Origin: Gemmatimonadota bacterium
GTDB lineage: Bacteria > Gemmatimonadota > Gemmatimonadetes > Palauibacterales > Palauibacteraceae
Assembly: GCA_046757885.1 (NCBI GenBank)
Contig: JBHHZD010000006.1
Location: 14,914 to 78,913, forward strand
Reading direction: 5' to 3'
DNA length: 64,000 nucleotides
Shown: one piece after another, positions 19,358 through 31,925 of the stretch
Layout of the letters: the number at the start of each line of letters is the position of its first letter
How positions within the stretch are numbered: the stretch's first letter is position 1
Position numbers and translations under genes: made by a program
Notes under the pieces: generated by a model
Databases searched by the model: none
What the model saw: only the letters and a program-made list of their open reading frames with translations
What the model was told of the DNA's origin: nothing

Positions 19358-19453
19358 ATGACGGTCATTCTCGGCGTGGTGTGGGGCGGATTCGCCCTGC
19401 TCGTCGCGACCGCCGTCCGGAGAGAGCGCAGGAAGCGAGAGCTCTCCGGGTAG
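19358..19453 (+). CDS. candidate small single-TM peptide (31 aa from ATG; possibly 39 aa from an upstream CTG)
   Basis: MTVILGVVWGGFALLVATAVRRERRKRELSG: hydrophobic helix followed by a basic tail. GAGGAGG at 19322..19328 lies 5 nt upstream of an in-frame CTG (19334). Not in the ORF track (below the length cutoff). Confidence 0.3.
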   Translation: MTVILGVVWGGFALLVATAVRRERRKRELSG

Positions 19454-19508
19454 AGCCGGACGGCCACGGGGGGACGAGAGGCCTTCCGCGGGTGCGGCCT
19501 CGCCGAAT

Positions 19509-19528
19509 CGACTGGAGGTGTTTCCGTG
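19509..19528 (+). repeat. 20-nt translation-initiation-region repeat, copy 2 (cgactggaggtgtttccGTG)
   Basis: Identical 20-mer including SD GGAGGTG and the GTG start of the M49-like peptidase gene. Confidence 0.6.
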
Positions 19529-21244
19529 CGTGACACGAGCCACGGCGCGGTCCGGGCCCCGTCCGCCATCGCCCTCGTACTGACCGCGGTGCTGGCCGGC
19601 TGCGGCCCGGCGGACGGCGGAGCGACGCGGGCGTCGGCCGTGCGACCCCTGCTGGATGCCGCGGAGATGCAGGCCCGCCTGGATCAGTTCGCCCCCACGA
19701 CCCTGTCCTTCGACACGACGCTCCTCGACGCCCGCCAGAAGGGCGTCGTCCACCACCTCGTTCTCGCGGCCCGGGAGCTCGACCGCATCTTCCTGGAGCA
19801 GGCATGGGCGGGCAACGAGGATCTGATGCGAAAGCTGGCGGCGGCCGGGGAGGGCGACATGGACGCCGCCCGGGCCTACGCCGAGATCATGTACGGCCCC
19901 TGGGACCGGCTGAAGGAGTCCGAGCCCTTCCTGGACGTCGGGCCCCGTCCGGCCGGCGCGGGCTATTACCCGGAGGACATGAGCCGGGAAGAGATGGAGA
20001 GCTGGCTCGAGGCTCATCCGGAGGACCGGGACGCCCTGACCGCCTACAACACGGTCGTCCGCCGATCGGACGACGGCCTCGTGGCCGTTCCGTACGCCGA
20101 GGCCTACCGGGATCGTCTGGAGGCTGCGGCCGGGCACATGCGGCAGGCCGCCTCCCTCGCGGACAACGAGAGCCTGAGGAAGTTCCTCGAGTCCCGCGCC
20201 GCCGCCTTCCTGTCGAACGAGTACTTCGACAGCGAGGTGGACTGGATGCGGCTGTCCGACAACCTGGTCGATCCCACGATCGGACCGTACGAGGTCTACG
20301 AGGACAACCTCTTCGGCTACAAGGCCGCATTCGAGGCCTTCCTCGCCGTGCGGGATCCGGCGGAGAGCGCCCGCCTGGCGGAGCTCGAGAGCCACCTTCC
20401 GAGCCTCGAGGGGGCCCTTCCGATTCCGGACGAGCACAAGAACTTCGATCGGCCGTTCACGTCACCGATCTCGGTCGTTGACGAGATCTACGCGGCGGGC
20501 GACACGCGCGCGGGGATCCAGACCATCGCCTTCAACCTTCCCAACGATCCCGTCGTCCGGGAGCAGGAGGGGTCCAAGAAGGTGATGCTGAGGAACGTGA
20601 TCGCCGCCAAGTTCGTGAAGATCCTGCGGCCGATCGCGCAGACCGTGCTCGTCGAGAGCCAGGCCGCGCACATCTCCGTCGATCCCTACTTCACGCGCGT
20701 CCTCATGCACGAGCTCGCGCACGGCCTCGGCCCGGACTACGTGACGGGCCAGCCCGGGCTGACGGTGAACAAGGGGCTGAAGGAGCGCTACTCGGCCATC
20801 GAGGAGGCGAAGGCCGACGCCGTGGGCACGCACAGCCTGCGGGTGCTCACGGAACGGGGCGTCTACACGGACGACTTCCTGGCGCAGGTCTACATCGACC
20901 ACGTGGCCGACATGTTCCGCTGCGTCCGCTTCGGCGTCTCTGAGGCGCACGGCAAGGGATGCCTCACGCAGTTCAACTTCCTGCGGGAGAAGGGCGCGAT
21001 CACCTGGGACGAGAGCTCCGGGCTCTTCGCCGCGGACCTGGACGCGATGCCCGACGCGATGGCGGAGCTCGCCGGGCGCTACCTGATGCTCGAGGCCACG
21101 GGAGACTACGACGGCGCGGGCACCTTTCTCGATCGCTACGGGCAGATGTCGCCCGAGATGGAGGCCGCCATCGACCGGCTGGCGGCCGTGCCGGTGGACA
21201 TCCGGCCTCACTACGCCGTCGTCGACATGATGGCCGACTGGTAG
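19526..21244 (+). CDS. zinc metallopeptidase, dipeptidyl-peptidase III (M49)-like, lipoprotein
   Basis: GTG start. Lipobox LTAVLAGCG. HExxH in [11 protein letters not shown] and downstream EEAKADAV (compare M49 HELLGH...EECRAE). Confidence 0.7.
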   Translation: MRDTSHGAVRAPSAIALVLTAVLAGCGPADGGATRASAVRPLLDAAEMQARLDQFAPTTLSFDTTLLDARQKGVVHHLVLAARELDRIFLEQAWAGNEDLMRKLAAAGEGDMDAARAYAEIMYGPWDRLKESEPFLDVGPRPAGAGYYPEDMSREEMESWLEAHPEDRDALTAYNTVVRRSDDGLVAVPYAEAYRDRLEAAAGHMRQAASLADNESLRKFLESRAAAFLSNEYFDSEVDWMRLSDNLVDPTIGPYEVYEDNLFGYKAAFEAFLAVRDPAESARLAELESHLPSLEGALPIPDEHKNFDRPFTSPISVVDEIYAAGDTRAGIQTIAFNLPNDPVVREQEGSKKVMLRNVIAAKFVKILRPIAQTVLVESQAAHISVDPYFTRVLMHELAHGLGPDYVTGQPGLTVNKGLKERYSAIEEAKADAVGTHSLRVLTERGVYTDDFLAQVYIDHVADMFRCVRFGVSEAHGKGCLTQFNFLREKGAITWDESSGLFAADLDAMPDAMAELAGRYLMLEATGDYDGAGTFLDRYGQMSPEMEAAIDRLAAVPVDIRPHYAVVDMMADW

Positions 21245-21248
21245 CCGC

Positions 21249-24521
<3,273 letters not shown>

Positions 24522-24563
24522 CGCTCCGGGGTTTTCGTGCGTATTCATATGGAACGATGAGTA

Positions 24564-24583
24564 GCCGGATCCCCGGATCCGGC
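24564..24583. terminator. GC hairpin downstream of carB
   Basis: gccggat-ccccgg-atccggc (7-9 bp stem) 43 nt after the carB stop; no T-tract. Confidence 0.3.
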
Positions 24584-24706
24584 TTCGCTCATCGCGACCC
24601 ATACGGCGGAATGTTCGTTACGCCCGGGGTATTTCATCGGTCGGGGGACGGGTGCCTTCCGGCCAGGAGAGTCCGGGGTAGTCTACTCGCTCCGAATGGA
24701 GGCACT

Positions 24707-25003
24707 ATGTTGAAGAAGTTGCGCACCGCATGGATCGCACCGCTCGCCGTGGTGTTCGTCGCGGCGGCGTGCTCGTCGGCGGACAACGCCGCGGACACCT
24801 CCGCGGACACGGCGGCCGACGTCGAGAATCCGTGCGCGGCCAACCCCTGCGCGGCGGATGAAGCCAACCCCTGCGCGGCGGATGAAGCCAACCCCTGCGC
24901 GGCCAACCCCTGCGCGGCCGACGAAGCCGGCATGGACAACCCCTGTGCGGCGAACCCCTGCGAGGCGAACCCGTGCGCGGCGAACCCCTGCGCGGGCGAC
25001 TGA
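24707..25003 (+). CDS. small Cys-rich tandem-repeat lipoprotein (NPCAA repeats)
   Basis: RBS-like GGAGG 6 nt upstream of the ATG. Signal plus lipobox MLKKLRTAWIAPLAVVFVAAAC. Mature part is nine NPC(A/E)A units: ...VENPCAANPCAADEANPCAADEANPCAANPCAADEAGMDNPCAANPCEANPCAANPCAGD (9 Cys in about 60 aa). Confidence 0.6.
   Translation: MLKKLRTAWIAPLAVVFVAAACSSADNAADTSADTAADVENPCAANPCAADEANPCAADEANPCAANPCAADEAGMDNPCAANPCEANPCAANPCAGD
24827..24998 (+). repeat. in-frame DNA tandem repeats encoding the NPCAA units
   Basis: Perfect 24-nt tandem aacccctgcgcggcggatgaagcc at 24842..24865 and 24866..24889, flanked by degenerate copies (aacccctgcgcggcc, aacccctgtgcggcg, aacccgtgcgcggcg). Confidence 0.7.
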
Positions 25004-25021
25004 CCGAACGTTCCCGGCAGG

Positions 25022-26356
25022 ATGGATGATTCGTTCGCCGTGAGCGGACGGAGAGGAGCCCGGCCGACCTCGGCCGGGCTCCGGCGCTTGGAGGGCGCCG
25101 CTCTTCTCCTGGCCGTCTTCGCGGCCGCCTGCGGGCGCGAGCCGCGTGCGACGGAGCCGATGGCCTCGCCACGCGCCGACGCCAGGGTGTTCGAGGACAT
25201 GCAGGACTTCCTCGACGGCTACATGGTGAGGCCGATCCCCTCCCAGGGATCTCCCCCGGAAGAGTTTTCGGCGCTCGAAGCGTCTCTCCAGCCCAGGGAC
25301 TGTGGCACGTGCCACGTCCAGCAGTATCAGGACTGGCAGACGACCGTCCACTCGCGCGCCTATTCTCCAGGTCTCTCGGGCCAGCTCGTGAGCCAGGAGG
25401 ACACGAACTTCGGGTATGTCCGGAGCTGCTACACCTGTCACGCCCCCCTGTCCGAGCAGGCCGCGAAGCTCCAGTCTTCCGGGGGGGCCTACCTGCGAAA
25501 TCCGGACTTCGACCACGAGCTCAAGGAGCACGGCCTCGTGTGCGCGGCCTGTCACGTCCGTGGCTGGAGGCGGTACGGGGCACCGCGGCGCGATGGCTCC
25601 GTCGAGCCGTCCCCACCGGGCTCGCCTCACGGCGGCGTGACGAGGTCCCCGTTCTTCGAGGACCCGCGGCTGTGCGGGAGCTGTCATCAGTTCGAGTCGC
25701 CGGCCCCGAACGGAAAATCTCTCCAGAACACGCTCACGGAGTGGAGACAGAGCCGCTACGCGCGCGAGGGCATGACGTGCCAGAAGTGCCACATGCCGGA
25801 CCGCAGACATCTGTGGCGGGGCATCCACGACCCCGAGATGACGGCGTCCGGCATCACGATCGAATGGGTCGGCGTGGGGCCCGCGGCGGCGCGGGAGGGT
25901 GGCGTGGGGATCCGCGTGACGAACAGTGGCACGGGCCACCGATTCCCGACGTACGTGACGCCCGAGGTCCGAATCCGCGTCGAGCTGCTGGACGGAGCGC
26001 ACGAGCCGATCCCGGGCGCGTTCACCGACAGCGCCATCGCGCGACGCGTGACGACGAGGGCAGGAGCCTGGGTCGAGCTATCGGATACCCGGCTCGCCCC
26101 GGACAGCAGCATGGTCGTGACGGTGCCGGCGGGCGGTCTGGCGGCGGAAGCGGCGCGAGCTACGGTGACCGTCCACCCGGACGCGTTCTACCAGGGCGTG
26201 TACCGGAGCCTGCTCTCCGGAGCGCTGAGCGACACCTCACGGGTGCTTCTGCAGAAGGCGCTGCGGAGAACCGAGGAGTCCCCGTACGGGATCTTCGACG
26301 AAACGATCTCGCTCGTTCCCGAGCCTCCGAGCGCGAGCCGCACGCTTCGGGACTAG
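25022..26356 (+). CDS. pentaheme c-type cytochrome lipoprotein
   Basis: Five CxxCH motifs: CGTCH, CYTCH, CAACH, CGSCH, CQKCH. Lipobox LLLAVFAAACG. Begins 19 nt after the NPCAA gene stop. The minus-strand ORFs 24683..26002 and 24634..25200 are antisense artefacts. Confidence 0.8.
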   Translation: MDDSFAVSGRRGARPTSAGLRRLEGAALLLAVFAAACGREPRATEPMASPRADARVFEDMQDFLDGYMVRPIPSQGSPPEEFSALEASLQPRDCGTCHVQQYQDWQTTVHSRAYSPGLSGQLVSQEDTNFGYVRSCYTCHAPLSEQAAKLQSSGGAYLRNPDFDHELKEHGLVCAACHVRGWRRYGAPRRDGSVEPSPPGSPHGGVTRSPFFEDPRLCGSCHQFESPAPNGKSLQNTLTEWRQSRYAREGMTCQKCHMPDRRHLWRGIHDPEMTASGITIEWVGVGPAAAREGGVGIRVTNSGTGHRFPTYVTPEVRIRVELLDGAHEPIPGAFTDSAIARRVTTRAGAWVELSDTRLAPDSSMVVTVPAGGLAAEAARATVTVHPDAFYQGVYRSLLSGALSDTSRVLLQKALRRTEESPYGIFDETISLVPEPPSASRTLRD

Positions 26357-26389
26357 CGCGACCCGCGCAAGCCCGAGCGCCTCTCCTCC

Positions 26390-28636
26390 CTACTGCCCAC
26401 CCTCCGCCGACCCCAGGAGCGGGCCGGCCAGACGAAGCAGCGCCGTTCCGCGGTCGTAGTTCCGCTGGGCGTCTTCGGGCAGCTCTCGCAGGCGGTACGC
26501 CTCGCCCAGAGCGACGTGGGCGAGGTAGTACTGCGAGGGGATGCTCGCGCGGGTGGACGGCTCGGGCCAGCGCTCCCAGCCGAGCAGGTACTCGAGCTGG
26601 AACACGTCCCACAGCAACGTCTCGGTTCTCTTCCGATCGATCCAGCGGACATCGAACGGAGCCCCGAGCTCGACCGTATCGGTCGTCGATTCCAGGACCC
26701 CGTCGATCAGCTTGTGCGCGAGTCCCTGTCGAAGGAGGTAGGGCTGGAGCGCCCAGTGCTGGTAGACGGGAGGGGCGGTCGACGCGAAGTACACGGGCCG
26801 GTCGCCGAGGCTGTCCCGGATGATCCGATAGGCGAGAAGGTCCGGGTGCGTGACGACCGTGTCCGTGGGGAACGAGATCCTGATGTGGTCCGAAAACGGC
26901 ACTTCGAACCCGGCCGGCACGACGCTGAAGTTCGGTACCCGATCGATCTGCTCGTCGTTGAGCGACAGAATGGATCGGGTGGGCGCCCGCGGCGTCATGT
27001 CCCGATAGGGCTCGATGGCCGCTTCTGTGTCGAAGGGACGCTGGCACACCGCGACGCTCGGCCTCGCGCGCGGGTCGACACCCTCGGGACACGGACGCGT
27101 GAGCTCACGAAGTTGCTTCGCATACCATTTCGTCCCCAGGTACGAATGGACGATGACCGTGACGTCCTGCCGGACTCCCTCGACTTCCTGCAGGTACCAC
27201 AGAGGGAACGTGTCGTTGTCCCCATTCGTGAACAGCACGCCGTAGGGCTCGACGGACTCCAGGAGGTTGTACGCCCAATCCCGCGCGGAGTAATCGCCGC
27301 GCCGATCGGCGTAGGAAAAGTTGAACAGAAGGGGGAGGAGCGCCACGCCCAGCACGGGCGCCGCGAGACGGCCCGCGCGGTGGCCGCCCGCCCTCTCCAT
27401 CTCGAGCCGGCCCGCGAGGGCGCTCCACAGGGACGCGATGCCGAGCCCCGCGTACAGCCCCCAGAGATTGAAGCTCAGGATGTAGAAGTAGTCCCGCTCC
27501 CGGACCTCGTGCAGGGGCGTCGGAATCTCGGGGTACTGCGAGTATCCGTACTTGAAGTTCAGGTAGTAGATGAGAAGGACGCTGACCGTGAGCAGCAGCG
27601 TCGCGAAGTACCCGAAGCTGTGCGGATCTCCCCTCCGGTGCCGCAGGAGACCCAGGATCCCGAGGGCGAAGAAGACCAGCGTGACGATCATGCGCGGAAC
27701 CGGAGGGAGCGAGCGGGCCCACTGCCAGTCGAAGTACTGCCGGTAGTTCGCCACCTGTGCCTTCAGGGGCGACTGCCGCTCGCTCAAAGGCCCCTTCTGG
27801 TACTGCTCCCGAGCCATGGAGGCCGCGAGCGCATCGCAGCGCACGAGCAGCTTCTTCTTTCCGTTGAACGTCTCGAATACGCTCGGGGTGACGGCATCCC
27901 AAAGGCTCTCGCACTGCGGGTCCGCTTCGTCGATGACCGGATTCCGTGCGGAGCGAATGGGCACGAAGAGGAGCTGTACGGAGAAACCGATGAGAGCGAA
28001 GGCCAGTCCCCCCAGCACGAGCCTCCAGCGCAGGATCGTGCGCCAGCGGTGCCACAGGACGTACACGCCGAGTGCGAGAAGCGGCATGATGGACATCTGG
28101 TGGTTCGTGGCGCCCAGCCCGAGGAGAAAGGCGATGAGCACCACGAGGCGATCGCCGGAAGGACGATCCGCGTGGTCCTGCCACAGCACGGCCACATAGG
28201 AGACGAGCGCCACGAACAGCAAGGAGACCGTGTACACCTTCTCGTTCACGTTGGACTGCGCCCACACGGTGAAGGCGGTCGCGGAGACGAGCACCGCGGC
28301 CCCCGAGGCGACGAGGACTTTCGTGCGATCCGCCGTGAACCGGGACCAGATCCGGGCCACGGTCAGGAACCAGATCGCGGCCGCGCCCGCCGACGCCGTG
28401 GCACTCAGGAGGTTCACGCGGGCGGCCACGCCCAGCCCCGTCCAGCCGAGGAGAAGGATCCAGGTGCGCCCGAGGAGCACGAAGAACGGATTTCCGGGTG
28501 GATGGGGAAGCCCAAGGATGTAGGCCGTCGCGATGTACTCGGACGTATCCCAGAACGCCGTGTCCGGCGCCAGCGTGAGCACGTACAGCACCCACACGAA
28601 CCCGCCGGTGATGAGCGCCCACCCCCAGGTGGGCAT
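26390..28636 (-). CDS. DUF2723-family polytopic membrane protein (glycosyltransferase-like)
   Basis: Start reassigned to ATG 28636 (MPTWGWALITGGFVWVLYVLTLAPDTAFWDTSEYIATAYILGLPHPPGNPFF). More than 10 TM helices plus a large periplasmic C-terminal domain. Confidence 0.7.
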   Translation of the reverse strand: MPTWGWALITGGFVWVLYVLTLAPDTAFWDTSEYIATAYILGLPHPPGNPFFVLLGRTWILLLGWTGLGVAARVNLLSATASAGAAAIWFLTVARIWSRFTADRTKVLVASGAAVLVSATAFTVWAQSNVNEKVYTVSLLFVALVSYVAVLWQDHADRPSGDRLVVLIAFLLGLGATNHQMSIMPLLALGVYVLWHRWRTILRWRLVLGGLAFALIGFSVQLLFVPIRSARNPVIDEADPQCESLWDAVTPSVFETFNGKKKLLVRCDALAASMAREQYQKGPLSERQSPLKAQVANYRQYFDWQWARSLPPVPRMIVTLVFFALGILGLLRHRRGDPHSFGYFATLLLTVSVLLIYYLNFKYGYSQYPEIPTPLHEVRERDYFYILSFNLWGLYAGLGIASLWSALAGRLEMERAGGHRAGRLAAPVLGVALLPLLFNFSYADRRGDYSARDWAYNLLESVEPYGVLFTNGDNDTFPLWYLQEVEGVRQDVTVIVHSYLGTKWYAKQLRELTRPCPEGVDPRARPSVAVCQRPFDTEAAIEPYRDMTPRAPTRSILSLNDEQIDRVPNFSVVPAGFEVPFSDHIRISFPTDTVVTHPDLLAYRIIRDSLGDRPVYFASTAPPVYQHWALQPYLLRQGLAHKLIDGVLESTTDTVELGAPFDVRWIDRKRTETLLWDVFQLEYLLGWERWPEPSTRASIPSQYYLAHVALGEAYRLRELPEDAQRNYDRGTALLRLAGPLLGSAEGGQ

Positions 28637-28725
28637 GCGACGTAGCCTGCTTCCCTCAGTCAAGGTCACCCCCCGCCACGACGGCCCGTTCGGTTCCGCG
28701 ACATGCTCCGGAGCGGCGACGGAAC

Positions 28726-30237
28726 TTATCGAGCCTCCGTGAGGGAGCCAACCGATCCGGGCCACAGGCGCGCGGCCGTCACCGTCGTCTCCCCGGCCCG
28801 GACCTGCACGTCCGGAAGACGAAGCTCGCGGCCGGCCGACAGGATCGCGGTCAGGGAGTGTCTGCCCGGCGGAAGGCGCAGGCGTACCACGTCCAGGCGG
28901 GCGGGCACCAGATGCCAGCTCCTGAGGTCCGCCCGCTCGAGCAGGGCGCCCGCCGCGTTCGCCGCCAGGCCCGCGAGACGGCCCAGGACTTCGTCGGAGC
29001 CACCGAATCCCTCCTCGATGCCCTCCACCGCGGCGTATTTCGTCGCGGCTCGGGCCAGGGCCTTCACGAGCACGCCTCCGAGCCCGGCGTCGAACTCCTG
29101 CGTGACGGAAGCGGTGACGTCGGTGTCCAGCACCGGGGATGCGGTCTCACCGACGTCGCTTCGAACGGCAACGACGTGCGCCGCGGTCCCGGTCCGGCGA
29201 AGGGCCGGCCAGGCGATGCGGAGAAACCGCGGGATCGCGACGTGATCATCATCCTCGTCCTCGCCGTCCCCGTTCCGGCTCGCGTGCTCTTGTTCGTGCT
29301 TGCGGACCGGGGCCACGCCCTCGACGAGACAGCGATCGCCCGCGCCCAGATGCCACGTCGCCGTCGCTCCGAGGACGGCGAAGACGGAGGGTGGCACATC
29401 TCCGAACGCCCGTCGGGCCACGCACCGCGCCGCGGCGTAGCGAATCTGTGCCCGCTCGTGCCCGAACGCGGCCACTTCCTCGGGATACAGGAGCACGTTG
29501 ATGGACTGCTCCACCCGATGCGCCACGAAGCCAGATTCTAGGAACAGCACGACCTCACCCGACGGGGCGAGCGGGCTCACAGCGCGCGGCGTCATCGATG
29601 TCTCGGCGTCCACCGAAGCCAAGCGGAACGCGACCGCGGCGTCCTCCGTCTCGCCCGCCGCCTCGAACATGGCGCCAGTGAAGTACCGCAGGACACGCCG
29701 GAGATCCCGTTCCGCTCCCCCGGGGGCGTCCTCCTCGCTCAGGGACAGGACGTGCGCGAGGCGCCTCGCTTCGACGGCCGCCTCGTCCGGCTGGCCGAGC
29801 GCCAGGTAGTTCAGCCCGGCGTAGTAGTGAACCAGGCTTCGCTCGGTCCGATTCGGCGTCCAGGCGAGGAGACGGTCGCTCGTGACGAGGGAGACGATCG
29901 CGCGCGTCAGGCTCTTCGTGTACCGGTCTTCGATGAGGAGGAGGGCCCGCTCGAACGAGTCGTTGCTCGCCTCGAGCTCTCGCGCATAATGCGCCACGAG
30001 ACCGCTCTCGAGGAGGCGCAGCAGCTCGTCGCCCGCATGCCCGGCGTCGGGCTCCAGTCTGGACAAAGCGGCCCCGAAGCGGCCGCGGGCGAGGAGGTCT
30101 CTGAGCTCGCGGTCACGCAGGGACTCGCCGTCGCGCCCGAGCTCGATGGAGTGGAGTCCCGCGCAAGCCGGGAGCGCGAGCAGCAGGAAGGAAAGGAGCC
30201 CCCGCCGGATCCTCGGCCCGGCCTCTCCCCATGTCAC
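28726..30237 (-). CDS. hypothetical lipoprotein
   Basis: Signal plus lipobox FLLLALPACAG. 503 aa, no catalytic motif recognised. Last gene of the three-lipoprotein operon. Confidence 0.55.
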   Translation of the reverse strand: MTWGEAGPRIRRGLLSFLLLALPACAGLHSIELGRDGESLRDRELRDLLARGRFGAALSRLEPDAGHAGDELLRLLESGLVAHYARELEASNDSFERALLLIEDRYTKSLTRAIVSLVTSDRLLAWTPNRTERSLVHYYAGLNYLALGQPDEAAVEARRLAHVLSLSEEDAPGGAERDLRRVLRYFTGAMFEAAGETEDAAVAFRLASVDAETSMTPRAVSPLAPSGEVVLFLESGFVAHRVEQSINVLLYPEEVAAFGHERAQIRYAAARCVARRAFGDVPPSVFAVLGATATWHLGAGDRCLVEGVAPVRKHEQEHASRNGDGEDEDDDHVAIPRFLRIAWPALRRTGTAAHVVAVRSDVGETASPVLDTDVTASVTQEFDAGLGGVLVKALARAATKYAAVEGIEEGFGGSDEVLGRLAGLAANAAGALLERADLRSWHLVPARLDVVRLRLPPGRHSLTAILSAGRELRLPDVQVRAGETTVTAARLWPGSVGSLTEAR

Positions 30238-30239
30238 GG

Positions 30240-31046
30240 CTACTCTTCGTGTTTCTCCAGCACGATGATGCGCTGGCGCGCCTGCGCGATCGCATCGGCG
30301 AGGTGGCCGGCCGCCCGGCCGCGCGCCTCGATGCGCTCCAGCTCCAGCTCGTGAAGAAAGAGCCTGTACTGAATGAGGGCCTCGATCGGACGGAGCTGCT
30401 TGTCGAGCACGGATGCGATGCGATACTCGAGCATCGGATCGTCCGGCGTGAGGATGCTCGCCCGGTCGTACCGGTCGAGGGCCGAGTCCAGATCCCCGCG
30501 CGCGGCGAGGTCATCGCCCTCGCGCAAGAGCGCCTCCGCCAGCGCCTCCGCCCGACCCTCCGTCGACGCGTCCCGCTCCGAGTCCACGACTCGAATCCCC
30601 TGCGCTTCGCGATAGCCCACCCGGCTGACCGCATGGTCCGCGAGCTGTACGAGGACGACGTCGCCCACGATGTCGGACGGCGGGTCGACGAGGGATCGGG
30701 GTACGAACACGGTCGCATCCCCCGCCCGGCGCAGGCTCCAGGCCCGCTCCGTGGTTCGGGTGGCGGCCAGCACCTGCGCCTCGTTCATTCCCATCGCGAT
30801 CTCGCCGCGCAGCACCGCATCGCAGACCCGAGGACTGCACGCGGCGAGCGCCTCCGCCGTGATCGCCTCGCGTTCCTCGGCGGTTCGCGCCCCTTCACTT
30901 TCCGATCGCGCCGCCGCGCCCGCCACCGTGGCCGATGCGTCCCCGACGCGGTCGTCGTTCCGCATGATGGGCTCCTCGTGAACTCGCTTCGGCGAGCAAG
31001 CCACCAGCGCCGCCGCGACGAGCACGCCTGTCTGTCGTCTCATCAT
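30240..31046 (-). CDS. hypothetical lipoprotein
   Basis: Lipobox LVAAALVACS; 268 aa. Only 2 nt separate it from the downstream gene and 6 nt from the upstream gene. Confidence 0.5.
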   Translation of the reverse strand: MMRRQTGVLVAAALVACSPKRVHEEPIMRNDDRVGDASATVAGAAARSESEGARTAEEREAITAEALAACSPRVCDAVLRGEIAMGMNEAQVLAATRTTERAWSLRRAGDATVFVPRSLVDPPSDIVGDVVLVQLADHAVSRVGYREAQGIRVVDSERDASTEGRAEALAEALLREGDDLAARGDLDSALDRYDRASILTPDDPMLEYRIASVLDKQLRPIEALIQYRLFLHELELERIEARGRAAGHLADAIAQARQRIIVLEKHEE

Positions 31047-31052
31047 CGCCTC

Positions 31053-31694
31053 TCAGTCCAATCCCAGGCGCCGCCGCTCGATGTACTTCTTGATCTTGTG
31101 CTGTCCGGCCCAGATCACGGCGTTCGATTCCAGGCTGACGAGATTCGCGTCCACCTGGTAGAACACGATCTTTTCGCGTCCTTCCTCGTCCTCGATGGAC
31201 TGAATCTCGCCCTGCAGGATGTAGTCGGCCCCGAGCTCCTGTCCGAGTCGCGCCCGCGTGTCGGCCGCGGCGTTCTGCTGCTGGTCCTGTCGTTCGGCTC
31301 GCACTTCCTCGCGCTGGTCCGAGCTCGCGACGACGGTAACGGAGCCCGAGTTGATGAAGGCCCGCTCCAGGTCGCGCACGAACGTCTGCACGGGAATGTG
31401 CTCCAGCGTGCGGTTGCGAAAGGTCCCGACGATGACCGTGGGCGCCTCGCCGCCGTGGCCGTCCCGGTAGGTCGTGATCCACGGATTCTCCAGACTTTGC
31501 GCGATGAGCTCGTTCGCGACGAGGCGCGAGTCCGTGTCGTTCCACCGGCCCGACAGGTCGGTGACCGCGCCCGGGTCGATCCGGGAGACCCGCTTCCCGC
31601 CGCACGCGACGGCCACCACGACCAGCGGGACAAGGAAGGGAGCCGCCGGACGGCCGCCGCGGCTCCGGGGTCGGGAGGGGGGTTCGGGTCGCAT
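31053..31694 (-). CDS. LpoB-like lipoprotein (penicillin-binding protein activator LpoB / COG3417 family)
   Basis: Lipobox VVVAVACGG. Segments GTFRNRTLEH, GADYILQGEI and VDANLVSLESNAVIWAG parallel the E. coli LpoB segments VDSVNNRTNG, GAHYVLYSSA and LMLVQTGEIIWSG. Confidence 0.6.
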   Translation of the reverse strand: MRPEPPSRPRSRGGRPAAPFLVPLVVVAVACGGKRVSRIDPGAVTDLSGRWNDTDSRLVANELIAQSLENPWITTYRDGHGGEAPTVIVGTFRNRTLEHIPVQTFVRDLERAFINSGSVTVVASSDQREEVRAERQDQQQNAAADTRARLGQELGADYILQGEIQSIEDEEGREKIVFYQVDANLVSLESNAVIWAGQHKIKKYIERRRLGLD

Positions 31695-31925
31695 GTCGCC
31701 TCCGGTTCAAGCCTCCGGGACGGGACCAGCCGCCCGGCGAGTCGGGCCGTCCCGGTCCTCCCGGCTCGCCGACGGGATCTCGGCGTCTCCGTCGTGTTCC
31801 TCGCCTCGTACCCGAGCATGGATCGGCGGGTCCCGGAACGCGCGCCGCGTTGACACCCGTGCGCCACCGGCTCGACATTCCGGGCCACACTCAGCTCTGC
31901 GGTCAAACTTCGCACGGACGACTGC

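Noticed and set aside
24634-26002. Minus-strand ORFs (24634..25200, 24683..26002) over the NPCAA/cytochrome locus
   Set aside because: The plus strand carries five in-frame CxxCH motifs and lipoprotein signals; the minus-strand frames are Arg/Pro-rich without motifs.
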